Assembly (NCBI GenBank): GCA_964567555.1
Contig: CAZMNA010000001.1
Span: 88,911-152,910 of the forward strand
Source: an uncultured Candidatus Saccharibacteria bacterium
GTDB lineage: Bacteria; Patescibacteriota; Saccharimonadia; Saccharimonadales; UBA10212
DNA: 64,000 bases
Reading direction: 5' to 3'
Part shown: piece by piece, positions 16,760-25,115 of the stretch
How the letters are laid out: every line of letters begins with the position of its first letter
How positions within the stretch are numbered: the stretch's first letter is position 1
The notes under the pieces: generated by a model
What the model was told of the DNA's origin: nothing
Databases searched by the model: none
What the model saw: only the letters and a program-made list of their open reading frames with translations
Program-made: the position numbers and the translations under genes

Positions 16760-17734
16760 ATGGCAGATAAAGAACCTCGTAATCCTAAACTTGATGAGTC
16801 TGAAGCCGGAGCTGCTCACAAACTCGTGGATGCGGAAGCCCTAATCACCGGTGCAGAATTTCAGATAGCAGCCGAAACCATTAGCCGAGTTTTATCGTCA
16901 GCTCACCCACTAATCGAGAAGGTTAGCAGGTCGACCAATCCGGACCTAAAACGCTACGGGTGGTGGGGCGCATGGGAACCATCTGATAGTAATAATGAAC
17001 ACTGGAAAGGCCTCACCCGAGTAGGCCTCAATGCGGCAGAGAGTCCGCCCAACGAATTCAGTGGTGATTATTTTGTTCAGGGACCTAACGGCGAATCTAT
17101 TTACATAAACGCATATATCGATACGACAACTGGTGAGCCAGTAAATGTGTTTCAGCTTCAGGGGACATCAGCAGAAGGTAGGTTCAAACTGCATTACATG
17201 AAAGGGGGTCGCCCGGGAGCGCAAGAGTACCAGGCAGGCGTAACCGCTACACTGGAAGGTGCAGAATACGACCTGTTTTTTAGAGGAGGCAACAAACCAG
17301 AAATCGGGCTAAGGATAATTCCTTTGCCTCTTGGCCAAGTTAAATTTATATGGCAAGATAATAATCAACCGCAAATCGGGGAAAATGGAATTTTTAGCTT
17401 TGATAAAACCCTTTTTGGCGCTGGTACTGCAGACTTTGCCCATAGTCGTGGAGAAAAACTAGAGAGTATTGAACCCTTTCTTGAGTCGTATTCGCAGTGG
17501 AAAATCAAAGATAGGGACGTTGATTTCCTGCGAAAATGGCTTGCCCAACTTCCGACCGAGGTAAGTTTATCTGATTTGCTAGCAAAAGCCGAGACTCAAG
17601 CCATTCAGGCCATTGAAGCACTTACTAAATTAGCCGATGATTTTAGCCATGGCATACAACTAACGCCAGATAAGTGGAAAAAAGAAAGGTATGCCAAATA
17701 CCGTCCAGAGTATGAAGACGAGAGTTTGAATTGA
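16760..17734 (+). CDS. hypothetical protein (orphan, 324 aa)
   Basis: Long ORF, soluble, with no recognised domain. Confidence 0.6.
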   Translation: MADKEPRNPKLDESEAGAAHKLVDAEALITGAEFQIAAETISRVLSSAHPLIEKVSRSTNPDLKRYGWWGAWEPSDSNNEHWKGLTRVGLNAAESPPNEFSGDYFVQGPNGESIYINAYIDTTTGEPVNVFQLQGTSAEGRFKLHYMKGGRPGAQEYQAGVTATLEGAEYDLFFRGGNKPEIGLRIIPLPLGQVKFIWQDNNQPQIGENGIFSFDKTLFGAGTADFAHSRGEKLESIEPFLESYSQWKIKDRDVDFLRKWLAQLPTEVSLSDLLAKAETQAIQAIEALTKLADDFSHGIQLTPDKWKKERYAKYRPEYEDESLN

Positions 17735-17817
17735 GTCTAGAGTCTTGCGCAAGCGTTATACGCTAGTACTATAATCTCTAAACCGGACGTTCCCGGGGTG
17801 GCCGAAAATATCCAATG

Positions 17818-18288
17818 TTAGTGCTTTGAGTGTTTGAAGTTGGAGAGCCAAATCAGAATTAGGCTGATAGCTGCACCGATGCCGATGACGGCGGCTTGGA
17901 TTTTGGTAAGGTTGTCCCAAAAGCTGGTACCCGAAAAGTTAAAATTGGCAGAGCTTGCCAAAAGCGGCCCAGCAGAGAGTGCCAGCAAACCACCCGCGGC
18001 CAAGGCCGCCGCCAGCTGGCAAAAAAACAGCGCGCCGCGCCGGTGCGAATGACTACGTGTCAAAAGCAAGGTAATGAGTAGTGGCACAAGTAGCAAAATC
18101 AGACCAAGCGTATCGTTAGCCACGCTCAGATTCATTTGGCTTAGCAAATGTTCTAGGTTGCCAATCACAGAAGTGTTCAAAACAAATCCAACGCATAGCA
18201 CCAAAAAACTGAGCGCAGCATTAGACTTTAGAAAATAGGTTATGACCAGCGGACCAAAAATAAAGACCGCCAGCGTTGCTTCAGCCAT
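17818..18288 (-). CDS. polytopic membrane protein
   Basis: 156 aa with 4-5 hydrophobic helices. Confidence 0.6.
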   Translation of the reverse strand: MAEATLAVFIFGPLVITYFLKSNAALSFLVLCVGFVLNTSVIGNLEHLLSQMNLSVANDTLGLILLLVPLLITLLLTRSHSHRRGALFFCQLAAALAAGGLLALSAGPLLASSANFNFSGTSFWDNLTKIQAAVIGIGAAISLILIWLSNFKHSKH

Positions 18289-18320
18289 GTCCTAATTTTA
18301 GCATTAGCTTAATTGATAGG

Positions 18321-19244
18321 CTAAGCGCCGATGCGGTCCTTGCGGCGGCGGCCCTTGGAATTACGCTCGGCGTATTCAATAACTTTTTCCGCAACATTAC
18401 GGTCGGTCACTAGTTCCGGAGTCTTAAAGCTGGCCGAGGAGTTGACTTCTAAAACCAACGGGCCGCGCTTTGAGCGCACCATGTCAATTCCGCAAATCGG
18501 CAGCCCCATAGCTTTGGCGGCTTTAATGGCGGTTTTTTCCTCTTCTATGGTCAGCTTGACAGCTTTACCAACACCGCCTAGGTGGGTATTAGAGCGGAAT
18601 TCGTCTTCCACTCCCTGGCGTTTAATAGATGCAACTACCCGTCCGCCAACAATCAGTACCCGTATGTCCGCACCGGCCGATTCTTCTATAAATTCCTGAA
18701 GTAAAATGTTGGTGCCTTCGTTGTCCATCAAATAAAAACCTTGCAGCACGCTTTTGGCAGCCTTGCGAGTTTCTGCTAAAACCACACCGCGCCCGTGAGT
18801 ACCACTGGCCAGTTTAATAATTATGGGCGGGCCTTTTAGCTCGTCCACTAACACATCGATTTCATCGGAAGAATCGGCACCACGGGTAATGATGGTTTTC
18901 GGTATACCAATACCGGCCCGTGCCAGCAGCTGGGTGGCGCGCAATTTGTCACGGCTGCGGGCAATGGCGATGGAGCTAGCGGTGGTAAAAACGCCCTGCA
19001 TTTCAAACTGGCGAACTATGGCCGAGCCATAGCGGGTATAGCTGGCGGCAATCCTCGGGATGATGGCATCATAACCCTTAAGAACTTTGCCGTCTAAAAT
19101 GACTACCGGGTTGCTCTGCTCAATCCGGGCTTCGCAGTTCACATAGTTAATGACCTCCACTTCGTGGCCGCGTTTTTTGGCCTCTTCGACCAAACGCTTG
19201 GTGGAGTAATTACCCGGGCCCTTGGATAAAATTGCAATCTTCAT
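18321..19244 (-). CDS. rimK: RimK-family ATP-grasp alpha-L-glutamate ligase
   Basis: MKIAILS start and ATP-grasp motifs (IIKLASGTHGRGV, EFIEES...DIRVLIVGG, ICGIDMV). Confidence 0.85.
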   Translation of the reverse strand: MKIAILSKGPGNYSTKRLVEEAKKRGHEVEVINYVNCEARIEQSNPVVILDGKVLKGYDAIIPRIAASYTRYGSAIVRQFEMQGVFTTASSIAIARSRDKLRATQLLARAGIGIPKTIITRGADSSDEIDVLVDELKGPPIIIKLASGTHGRGVVLAETRKAAKSVLQGFYLMDNEGTNILLQEFIEESAGADIRVLIVGGRVVASIKRQGVEDEFRSNTHLGGVGKAVKLTIEEEKTAIKAAKAMGLPICGIDMVRSKRGPLVLEVNSSASFKTPELVTDRNVAEKVIEYAERNSKGRRRKDRIGA

Positions 19245-19249
19245 AAGGC

Positions 19250-19672
19250 TTACTTTCCCCCGTCACCATACTCGTTCTGCATCTGAGCGTCAACCAAAAA
19301 TCCGTGTTCCCGTAAAAAGCTGCGGCCGACCAAAACCGGCCATTTCATAGTGCTGCGATCAACCAGGCTTATTCGGGTAAGGTACTGGACACTACGGATA
19401 GTGATAATCGTTGGGATAGCATAGCGCTTGCTGACGTGCCCATTACTAGAACGGACTACCAGCTGTTTGAAGTCGCTAACTGTAATTTTTGGTCCCTGGC
19501 CAAGGGGTTTGAAGCTAACAGCTTGTTCACCGGTTGATAGCGTAATTTCGGTAATGTCAGTAGCATGCAATGCGCCGCCCCAAGCACCGGTGTCAATTTT
19601 GGCCATAGCTTCCGCAACCCCAAGATCTGGGAAGCTAACTTTCTCAAAAATCTTAATAGTTTTTGGCTTCAA
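19250..19672 (-). CDS. RimK-associated retropepsin-like protease ('ATP-dependent zinc protease' family)
   Basis: AKIDTGAWGGALHA motif. 5 nt upstream of rimK. Confidence 0.7.
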   Translation of the reverse strand: MKPKTIKIFEKVSFPDLGVAEAMAKIDTGAWGGALHATDITEITLSTGEQAVSFKPLGQGPKITVSDFKQLVVRSSNGHVSKRYAIPTIITIRSVQYLTRISLVDRSTMKWPVLVGRSFLREHGFLVDAQMQNEYGDGGK

Positions 19673-19742
19673 TCTGATACTCCGGCTTAGTTAGTGCTGA
19701 ATGGTCAATATTATACAATTTTTATCTTATTTTATCAATACT

Positions 19743-20330
19743 TTAGGCGGTAACCATCGTCAAGAAGTCGTTAAGCGGCAGACTGCCGCCGCTAACTTCC
19801 GGATGAAACTGGGTACCTAGAATTTTCTTTTTACGGTGGCGGATTATCTGTACATCGCGCGGCGAACGAGCCAATTCTTCCAAGTCATTGCCAAAAATTT
19901 CCGGCACGTTCCATTCGTGGGCTTCGTACTGGCGGAGTTTAGTTTTACCCAGCAGCTGCTGGCCAGCTTTGCCGGCTTGTAAGTCTACGAATTGGGTAAG
20001 GGTTTTTGGCATAGCGACTACTTGCTGGTTATAAGCTTTACAAATAACCTCAAACCCCATGCAAATACCAAGTAGCGGCAGACAAGTCTCGCGGACGAGT
20101 TTTATCTGATCTTGATACCACAGTTTGCCGCGCTCAAATTCGTCATGAATTTCTAGGCCTTCGCCCCCGCCCCCCGACAAGATGACGGCATCCTTACGCC
20201 CAAGGTGGAAATTTAGCCCCGGGTAGTAGTCTTGAATTTCAAGTTGGTGACCAATCAAAGATTTTTTTAGGTGGTCAAGGTGTTGGGTGTTGTTATTTAC
20301 TAAGAGAATTTTCATCCCGTTAGAACTCAC
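19743..20330 (-). CDS. class I glutamine amidotransferase
   Basis: LLGICMGFEVI (Cys nucleophile) and TQFHPEVS (His) motifs. Confidence 0.8.
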   Translation of the reverse strand: MSSNGMKILLVNNNTQHLDHLKKSLIGHQLEIQDYYPGLNFHLGRKDAVILSGGGGEGLEIHDEFERGKLWYQDQIKLVRETCLPLLGICMGFEVICKAYNQQVVAMPKTLTQFVDLQAGKAGQQLLGKTKLRQYEAHEWNVPEIFGNDLEELARSPRDVQIIRHRKKKILGTQFHPEVSGGSLPLNDFLTMVTA

Positions 20331-20410
20331 TTAATTCCCAAATTAGATTTGACGGCTGAAAACTAGAGCAATTATCAACGTACTTTGAGTTTTTTAATTT
20401 TCTTGAGCTT

Positions 20411-20563
20411 CTAACGGGATTCATATTGCTGAACCTGATTAATTATTTGCTTTTTGTGTGCATCATTTACGTGCTTATACGCAAACCAAACAACGACCCC
20501 CAGAAGAATTAACAGGCAGACAAGCATGGGAATAAATCCGTTTTGATTTTTGTTTAAGCGCAT
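20411..20563 (-). CDS. possible 50-aa single-TM micro-protein (below track cutoff)
   Basis: MRLNKNQNGFIPMLVCLLILLGVVVWFAYKHVNDAHKKQIINQVQQYESR, read by hand. Confidence 0.35.
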   Translation of the reverse strand: MRLNKNQNGFIPMLVCLLILLGVVVWFAYKHVNDAHKKQIINQVQQYESR

Positions 20564-20641
20564 ATGCTTATTATAGTCAGACGGGTCGAGCTATCAAAAT
20601 TTTCTTTACATCGCCTTACACCCCGCATTATAGTTATGCTT

Positions 20642-22471
20642 ATGCAGGATAATGATCAGGGTCAAAACCCCATGTCGCCCGAGCCCCAAATACAACCCAC
20701 ACTCACAAACGAAAGTGTTAATAGCCAAGCGCTGCATCATAAGCTGAAGCATCATCTTTTTAGCGATAAAAGGGTGCTGGCCGTTGTTTTGTTAGTGGTT
20801 ATAGCAGCGGCTGCAGCAGCGTTCTTCTTAGGTAGGGGGACGAGCCACAACAATGTGTCCACCTCCTCAAAAAAGCCAAGTACCGCAAATTCTACAAGCT
20901 CTCCGTCCACCGCCCAAAAGCTACCCCAGCCTGAGTTTACAAGCGGTAATTCTTACTTTTCTACCGCAAAAAAGTTACCAGACTTAGGTTTTATAACCAA
21001 CCTAGATAAGGTTTTTGGCTGCGGTACCAGCTGTAGCGATATTACTAATTATTATCAGATAGGCACTACTGCGGCAGGCTTGCCGATAATTGATATGACC
21101 TTTGCAGACGGACCTGGCGGCGTATCCAATTCTTTCTTTGTTGAAACAAGTAGCGGAAAATATAGTCTCTTAGCCCAAAATGGCGGCAGCGATCTTTTGA
21201 CCGGTTGGCAGCCTTACTTGGTAGCTAATGTAACCGTTGATTATAAGACTAAGCTTAATGACATCCTGCTGCCTACCCAAGTAACTATTGCGGGACTCAA
21301 GCTGAAGACATTTTCGCTAAATAGCCAACTGACTATTAACGACCTGGGGCTCATGGCTGACGGAATGCGATCCATTAGAGGTGGCTTTTATGACGACGTC
21401 GCTACTTCCGCCATAACTAAGCTAGGCAGTCAGGGAGGCATTGATTATTACGAGGTCGTAGCTTTAGATTCTGCCAACTACAAAGTCGTAGAAGACCATG
21501 CGGCTTACAAATCTTTATTCTCTGTTGACTACCAACCTGATGGAGAAATTGCCAGAACGCAAGGCAACCTTGCAGTTAAATGGACACACGGTGAAAACAA
21601 CAGTAGCACTTATTTTAGTGCTGGTACTGGTTGTGGCTCTTACGGTTACGTGGTCGCAAAAAATATAAACTCTAATGATCTGACCCAAGTAGGCACCACA
21701 CCAGAAGGCCAAGCCTTGTACCAACTTCCTAGCTCTAACCCTCTTGTGAAGGAAACTTACTCTAAGGATTATGCTGGCGGACAGGGCGATGACCCGTCAT
21801 TGCAAAACCTAACTCTTACTCAATTTACCAACAAGCATGCGTACTTTTTAGCCAAAAATGGACTGGGAGAATATGTTTTATATATGCGCGACGATATGAT
21901 TATCCGCGGCGGGTGCGCTAAGCCGGTAATTTATCTTTACCCCACTGCCCCGACAAGCGTATCTGTCAAGATTGGAGCACAGGTCATAAACTCCGCCCCA
22001 GCTTATGGCGATGGGTGGTACAACGTCATGGCCTACCCGGACGGATCGCTAAAATATAATGGCAAGATTTATGACAATCTATTTTGGGATGGGTACGGGA
22101 ACGGCGCATACCCAGATATAACTAGCGGCACGATTGTAAAAACTCCGAACGCCGATAAGACTGTTAGGATCCAACTGGCGCAACAGGGCTTGAACGCTCA
22201 AGAAATTAGTGACTTCATGAATTTTTGGCAGCCAAAACTAAACAGTATTACCCAGCCATATACGCGTTTAAGCTGGCTGAGCACATCTCAGATGAACTCT
22301 TTGGCACCGCTTAATATCAAGCCCGCCCCCCAAACAATCAGGAGAGTCTTTTTGGACTTTGAGGGTCTTAGCCGACCTTATAAGTTGAGCCCTCAGACCC
22401 TAAGCTCGTTTGACCGTAACGGATTTACAGTTGTTGAGTGGGGCGGCCTGCTCCGCTCCGGTCTACACTAG
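20642..22471 (+). CDS. N-terminally anchored large extracytoplasmic protein
   Basis: Track ORF starts at 20564. ATG at 20642 follows TATAGT (20629-20634) by 7 nt. TM VLAVVLLVVIAAAAAAFFLG, a Ser/Thr-rich linker, and no recognised domain. Confidence 0.65.
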   Translation: MQDNDQGQNPMSPEPQIQPTLTNESVNSQALHHKLKHHLFSDKRVLAVVLLVVIAAAAAAFFLGRGTSHNNVSTSSKKPSTANSTSSPSTAQKLPQPEFTSGNSYFSTAKKLPDLGFITNLDKVFGCGTSCSDITNYYQIGTTAAGLPIIDMTFADGPGGVSNSFFVETSSGKYSLLAQNGGSDLLTGWQPYLVANVTVDYKTKLNDILLPTQVTIAGLKLKTFSLNSQLTINDLGLMADGMRSIRGGFYDDVATSAITKLGSQGGIDYYEVVALDSANYKVVEDHAAYKSLFSVDYQPDGEIARTQGNLAVKWTHGENNSSTYFSAGTGCGSYGYVVAKNINSNDLTQVGTTPEGQALYQLPSSNPLVKETYSKDYAGGQGDDPSLQNLTLTQFTNKHAYFLAKNGLGEYVLYMRDDMIIRGGCAKPVIYLYPTAPTSVSVKIGAQVINSAPAYGDGWYNVMAYPDGSLKYNGKIYDNLFWDGYGNGAYPDITSGTIVKTPNADKTVRIQLAQQGLNAQEISDFMNFWQPKLNSITQPYTRLSWLSTSQMNSLAPLNIKPAPQTIRRVFLDFEGLSRPYKLSPQTLSSFDRNGFTVVEWGGLLRSGLH

Positions 22472-23580
22472 CCAAAAATTCCCTTTTTGCCGGCGGTGTC
22501 GTGAAGCTTGGCGAGCAACTCTTTTTGTTCGGTGGATAGCCTTGTGGGCGTATCTACAATTACGGTCACAATGTGGGCGCCGCGGCTAGATTTATTAAGA
22601 TGCGTCACGCCGTGCCCGGAAAGCTTAAAATCCGTACCGGACTGCGTACCGGCCGGAATCTTCATGCGGACATTGCCGTCTACGGTCTCTACTTCTATCT
22701 CCGTGCCAAGAGCAGCGTCAACCATAGAAATATGTTCGCTGGAAAGTATTAAATCGCCCTCGCGGGTAAACTTTTTGTGCGGTTTTACCCGGACGTTAAC
22801 ATATAAATCTCCCTTGGGGCCATTGGCAACTGCCTCGCCGTGTTCGCGCAAGCGGATGGTAGCACCATCATCAATGCCGGCCGGGATTTTTAAGCCCACT
22901 GCCACGTTACGGCGCCTGGTACCGCTGCCTTTGCAGACGCTGCAGACCCTTTCTGGGATTTTGCCGGTAGCTTTGCACTCTGGGCACGGCGCGGCCTGCT
23001 GGATGTTGCCAAATACAGTGCGCATCACGTTTGTAACTTGGCCGGCGCCCTTGCAGTTGGGACAAGTTTTGAGTTCATAGCCCGGCTCGGCTGTGGTGCC
23101 TTTGCAGTGTTCGCAGGTGTCTTCCATGTTGAGCGAAAGGTCTACTTCGGTACCAAAAACGGCCTGCTCAAAGCTGATGTCTACGTTGGTTTCTACGTCA
23201 CGGCCGCGGTTGCCGCGTTGGCCACGCTGGTTGCCCGCGCTGCCGCCAAAAAAACTGCCAAAGATATCGCCCAGGCCTAAATCGCCAAAGTCAAAGTTAA
23301 TGTTTTCGGTACCGCCGCCAAAGCCGGAGAAACCACCAAACGGGTTCCCGTCACTGGCGGCGCTTGAGCCCACACCAGCATGACCGAACTGGTCATAGCG
23401 CTGGCGCTTACTTGGTTCTTTTAAGACTTCGTAGGCTTCGTTAACTTCTTTAAACTTTTCTTCATCACCGCCGCGGTCCGGATGTGACTCCACGGCCTTG
23501 CGGCGGAAGGCCTTTTTGATTTCATCTGGGCTAGCGTTTTTACCAACCCCTAAAACCTCGTAATAATCACGCTTGCTCAT
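22468..23580 (-). CDS. dnaJ: molecular chaperone DnaJ
   Basis: MSKRDYYEVLGV J-domain with HPD, a G/F region and four CxxCxG zinc-finger repeats. Track start 23631 is an upstream extension. Confidence 0.95.
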   Translation of the reverse strand: MSKRDYYEVLGVGKNASPDEIKKAFRRKAVESHPDRGGDEEKFKEVNEAYEVLKEPSKRQRYDQFGHAGVGSSAASDGNPFGGFSGFGGGTENINFDFGDLGLGDIFGSFFGGSAGNQRGQRGNRGRDVETNVDISFEQAVFGTEVDLSLNMEDTCEHCKGTTAEPGYELKTCPNCKGAGQVTNVMRTVFGNIQQAAPCPECKATGKIPERVCSVCKGSGTRRRNVAVGLKIPAGIDDGATIRLREHGEAVANGPKGDLYVNVRVKPHKKFTREGDLILSSEHISMVDAALGTEIEVETVDGNVRMKIPAGTQSGTDFKLSGHGVTHLNKSSRGAHIVTVIVDTPTRLSTEQKELLAKLHDTAGKKGIFG

Positions 23581-23845
23581 CTTGCCTCGATTTATACATG
23601 GGGCCGCGCTGCCGCTGTGAGCCTTCTGCAATCCGCCCCAGCAAGCGACTTACGACATTTGCAGCTTCGTCCGGGGACAAGGAAAGCCCTTCGGTCAAAA
23701 GCTTATAAAGATCTTCTGTAGTGCTAATAACTTGCTCATTATCTAGACCGCTCTTTATCCTTTCTCCCGGAGTAGAAAATTCTGGGGTTAATCGCAGGTC
23801 TACAACTTGACCTTGCTCATCTTCTCCAGCTAGCGGGGCCTCCAT
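23567..23845 (-). CDS. hypothetical protein (heat-shock operon orphan, 92 aa)
   Basis: ATG at 23845 overlaps the cutA stop (TGATG). The 3' end overlaps the dnaJ start by 14 nt. Acidic. Confidence 0.5.
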   Translation of the reverse strand: MEAPLAGEDEQGQVVDLRLTPEFSTPGERIKSGLDNEQVISTTEDLYKLLTEGLSLSPDEAANVVSRLLGRIAEGSQRQRGPMYKSRQDEQA

Positions 23846-24165
23846 CACTTTGTCTCCTCTTTTATCCACTTGGCAACTCCCGCGGAAGTTTTTTCTATTG
23901 GTAAGGCCTCTAGCATAAACGTATCGTAGCTGTGCAGTTTGGCAACTTCGGCTTCAACTTTATCAAACAAATCCATGCGGCTTTCCATAATTAGCATAAT
24001 CTCATCGGCATCTTCTATTTTACCCTGCCAGTGATACTTAGATTTTACGGACATTTGCCGTACACAAGCCACCAAATGTTCGCCAAGCAATTTATCGGTA
24101 ATCTTATCTGCCTCGGCCTTACTGGCGCAGGTCAAAATCAGCTGGCAAAACTCAGTCATTGTCAT
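23845..24165 (-). CDS. cutA: divalent-cation tolerance protein CutA
   Basis: ILTCASKAEADKITDKLLGEHLVACV...YHWQGKIE...LHSYD matches the CutA1 fold. Start is ATG 24165 or 24159, both overlapping the upstream ORF. Confidence 0.8.
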   Translation of the reverse strand: MTMTEFCQLILTCASKAEADKITDKLLGEHLVACVRQMSVKSKYHWQGKIEDADEIMLIMESRMDLFDKVEAEVAKLHSYDTFMLEALPIEKTSAGVAKWIKEETK

Positions 24166-24502
24166 CTCCCCGGTAATGCTCAAGCGCATCCTCTAGCATA
24201 GGTGTATACACGCTCAGCAGCTCTACTATTGATAGCTTGGGGGCCTTCTCTCGAATAGCTTGCTCAAGGCGATGTAACACTAGAGGGAGCTCAGGACTGA
24301 CGGGTGCACGTTCACCATGAAGTGCTATGCGAGACGACACTAAGTCTCCGCGGGCGGCTAACCGGCTGGCGTGTCGGTAGAGTGTAAGCCCCGAAACCGC
24401 CAGAGCCTTAGACAGTTGCTCCTCGTACGATGTTGTGTCAATCGGCGAGCCATGTATCTCTGCCAAGCTGCGGTCATCCAGCTCGTAAGCCGCTTCAGTC
24501 AT
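24152..24502 (-). CDS. hypothetical protein (heat-shock operon orphan, 116 aa)
   Basis: Flanked by an identical AATGACTGA at start and stop. Soluble and acidic. Confidence 0.5.
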   Translation of the reverse strand: MTEAAYELDDRSLAEIHGSPIDTTSYEEQLSKALAVSGLTLYRHASRLAARGDLVSSRIALHGERAPVSPELPLVLHRLEQAIREKAPKLSIVELLSVYTPMLEDALEHYRGDDND

Positions 24503-24650
24503 TACTTATATCCTTGACTACTTTGCCTTCAATGAATTTCTTGTCCTTGACCACATAGTGGTCTTGGGCGTATTTTAGCCCTAGCTTTACGCCGGCGGCT
24601 GCTGCCACAGCCGGTAGCAGCACATACCGCAGAAAGTTAGAGGGCTTCAC
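24495..24650 (-). CDS. possible 51-aa ORF bridging the only apparent gap in the operon
   Basis: GTG at 24650 overlaps the orf76 end, and the stop overlaps the orf116 ATG. Sequence KPSNFLRYVLLPAVAAAAGVKLGLKYAQDHYVVKDKKFIEGKVVKDISND, read by hand. Confidence 0.3.
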   Translation of the reverse strand: MKPSNFLRYVLLPAVAAAAGVKLGLKYAQDHYVVKDKKFIEGKVVKDISND

Positions 24651-24867
24651 TTCCTTCTTCCGATTGCGGTATTCCCCTAGCTTCTTCGGCGGCCTTCATG
24701 GCCTTGTACCGGGCAAGTGCTTCAGGTGTTAAGAAATCCTCAGGCTGCTTGCCCGACTGTTCTACGATTTGGTCCACATCCACCGGGTTACCAAGCAACC
24801 CTCCCCCTATGCGGTAGTCAAAAGTCCGGATATTCTTCTCCGGATAGCGGTCTGGCTGGGCGACCAT
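24637..24867 (-). CDS. hypothetical protein (heat-shock operon orphan, 76 aa)
   Basis: TAATG overlap with the upstream ORF. Acidic C-terminus. Confidence 0.5.
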   Translation of the reverse strand: MVAQPDRYPEKNIRTFDYRIGGGLLGNPVDVDQIVEQSGKQPEDFLTPEALARYKAMKAAEEARGIPQSEEGSEAL

Positions 24868-25115
24868 TATTTCTCTTCCCTCTGGTCGTCTGTCCGTGTA
24901 TCTGTGGAGGTGACTTCTTCGGGTTCCTTAGCTTCCTGGACAGACTCCCCCGACCTAGCAGCTAGCTCTCCCACGTCGTGGGGGACATAAGTTTCGGCGA
25001 TATGCTTACCCCACTCCTTTTCTGCTTGATCTGCCGCGCTACGCACAGGCTTCTGGGGGGTTTGGTATCCCGCATTAAACTTACTATTGGAATGTATTGG
25101 GCGTGGACGCTCCAT
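24867..25115 (-). CDS. hypothetical protein (heat-shock operon orphan, 82 aa)
   Basis: TAATG overlap with the dnaK stop. Ends EEK-stop, as dnaK does. Confidence 0.5.
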   Translation of the reverse strand: MERPRPIHSNSKFNAGYQTPQKPVRSAADQAEKEWGKHIAETYVPHDVGELAARSGESVQEAKEPEEVTSTDTRTDDQREEK

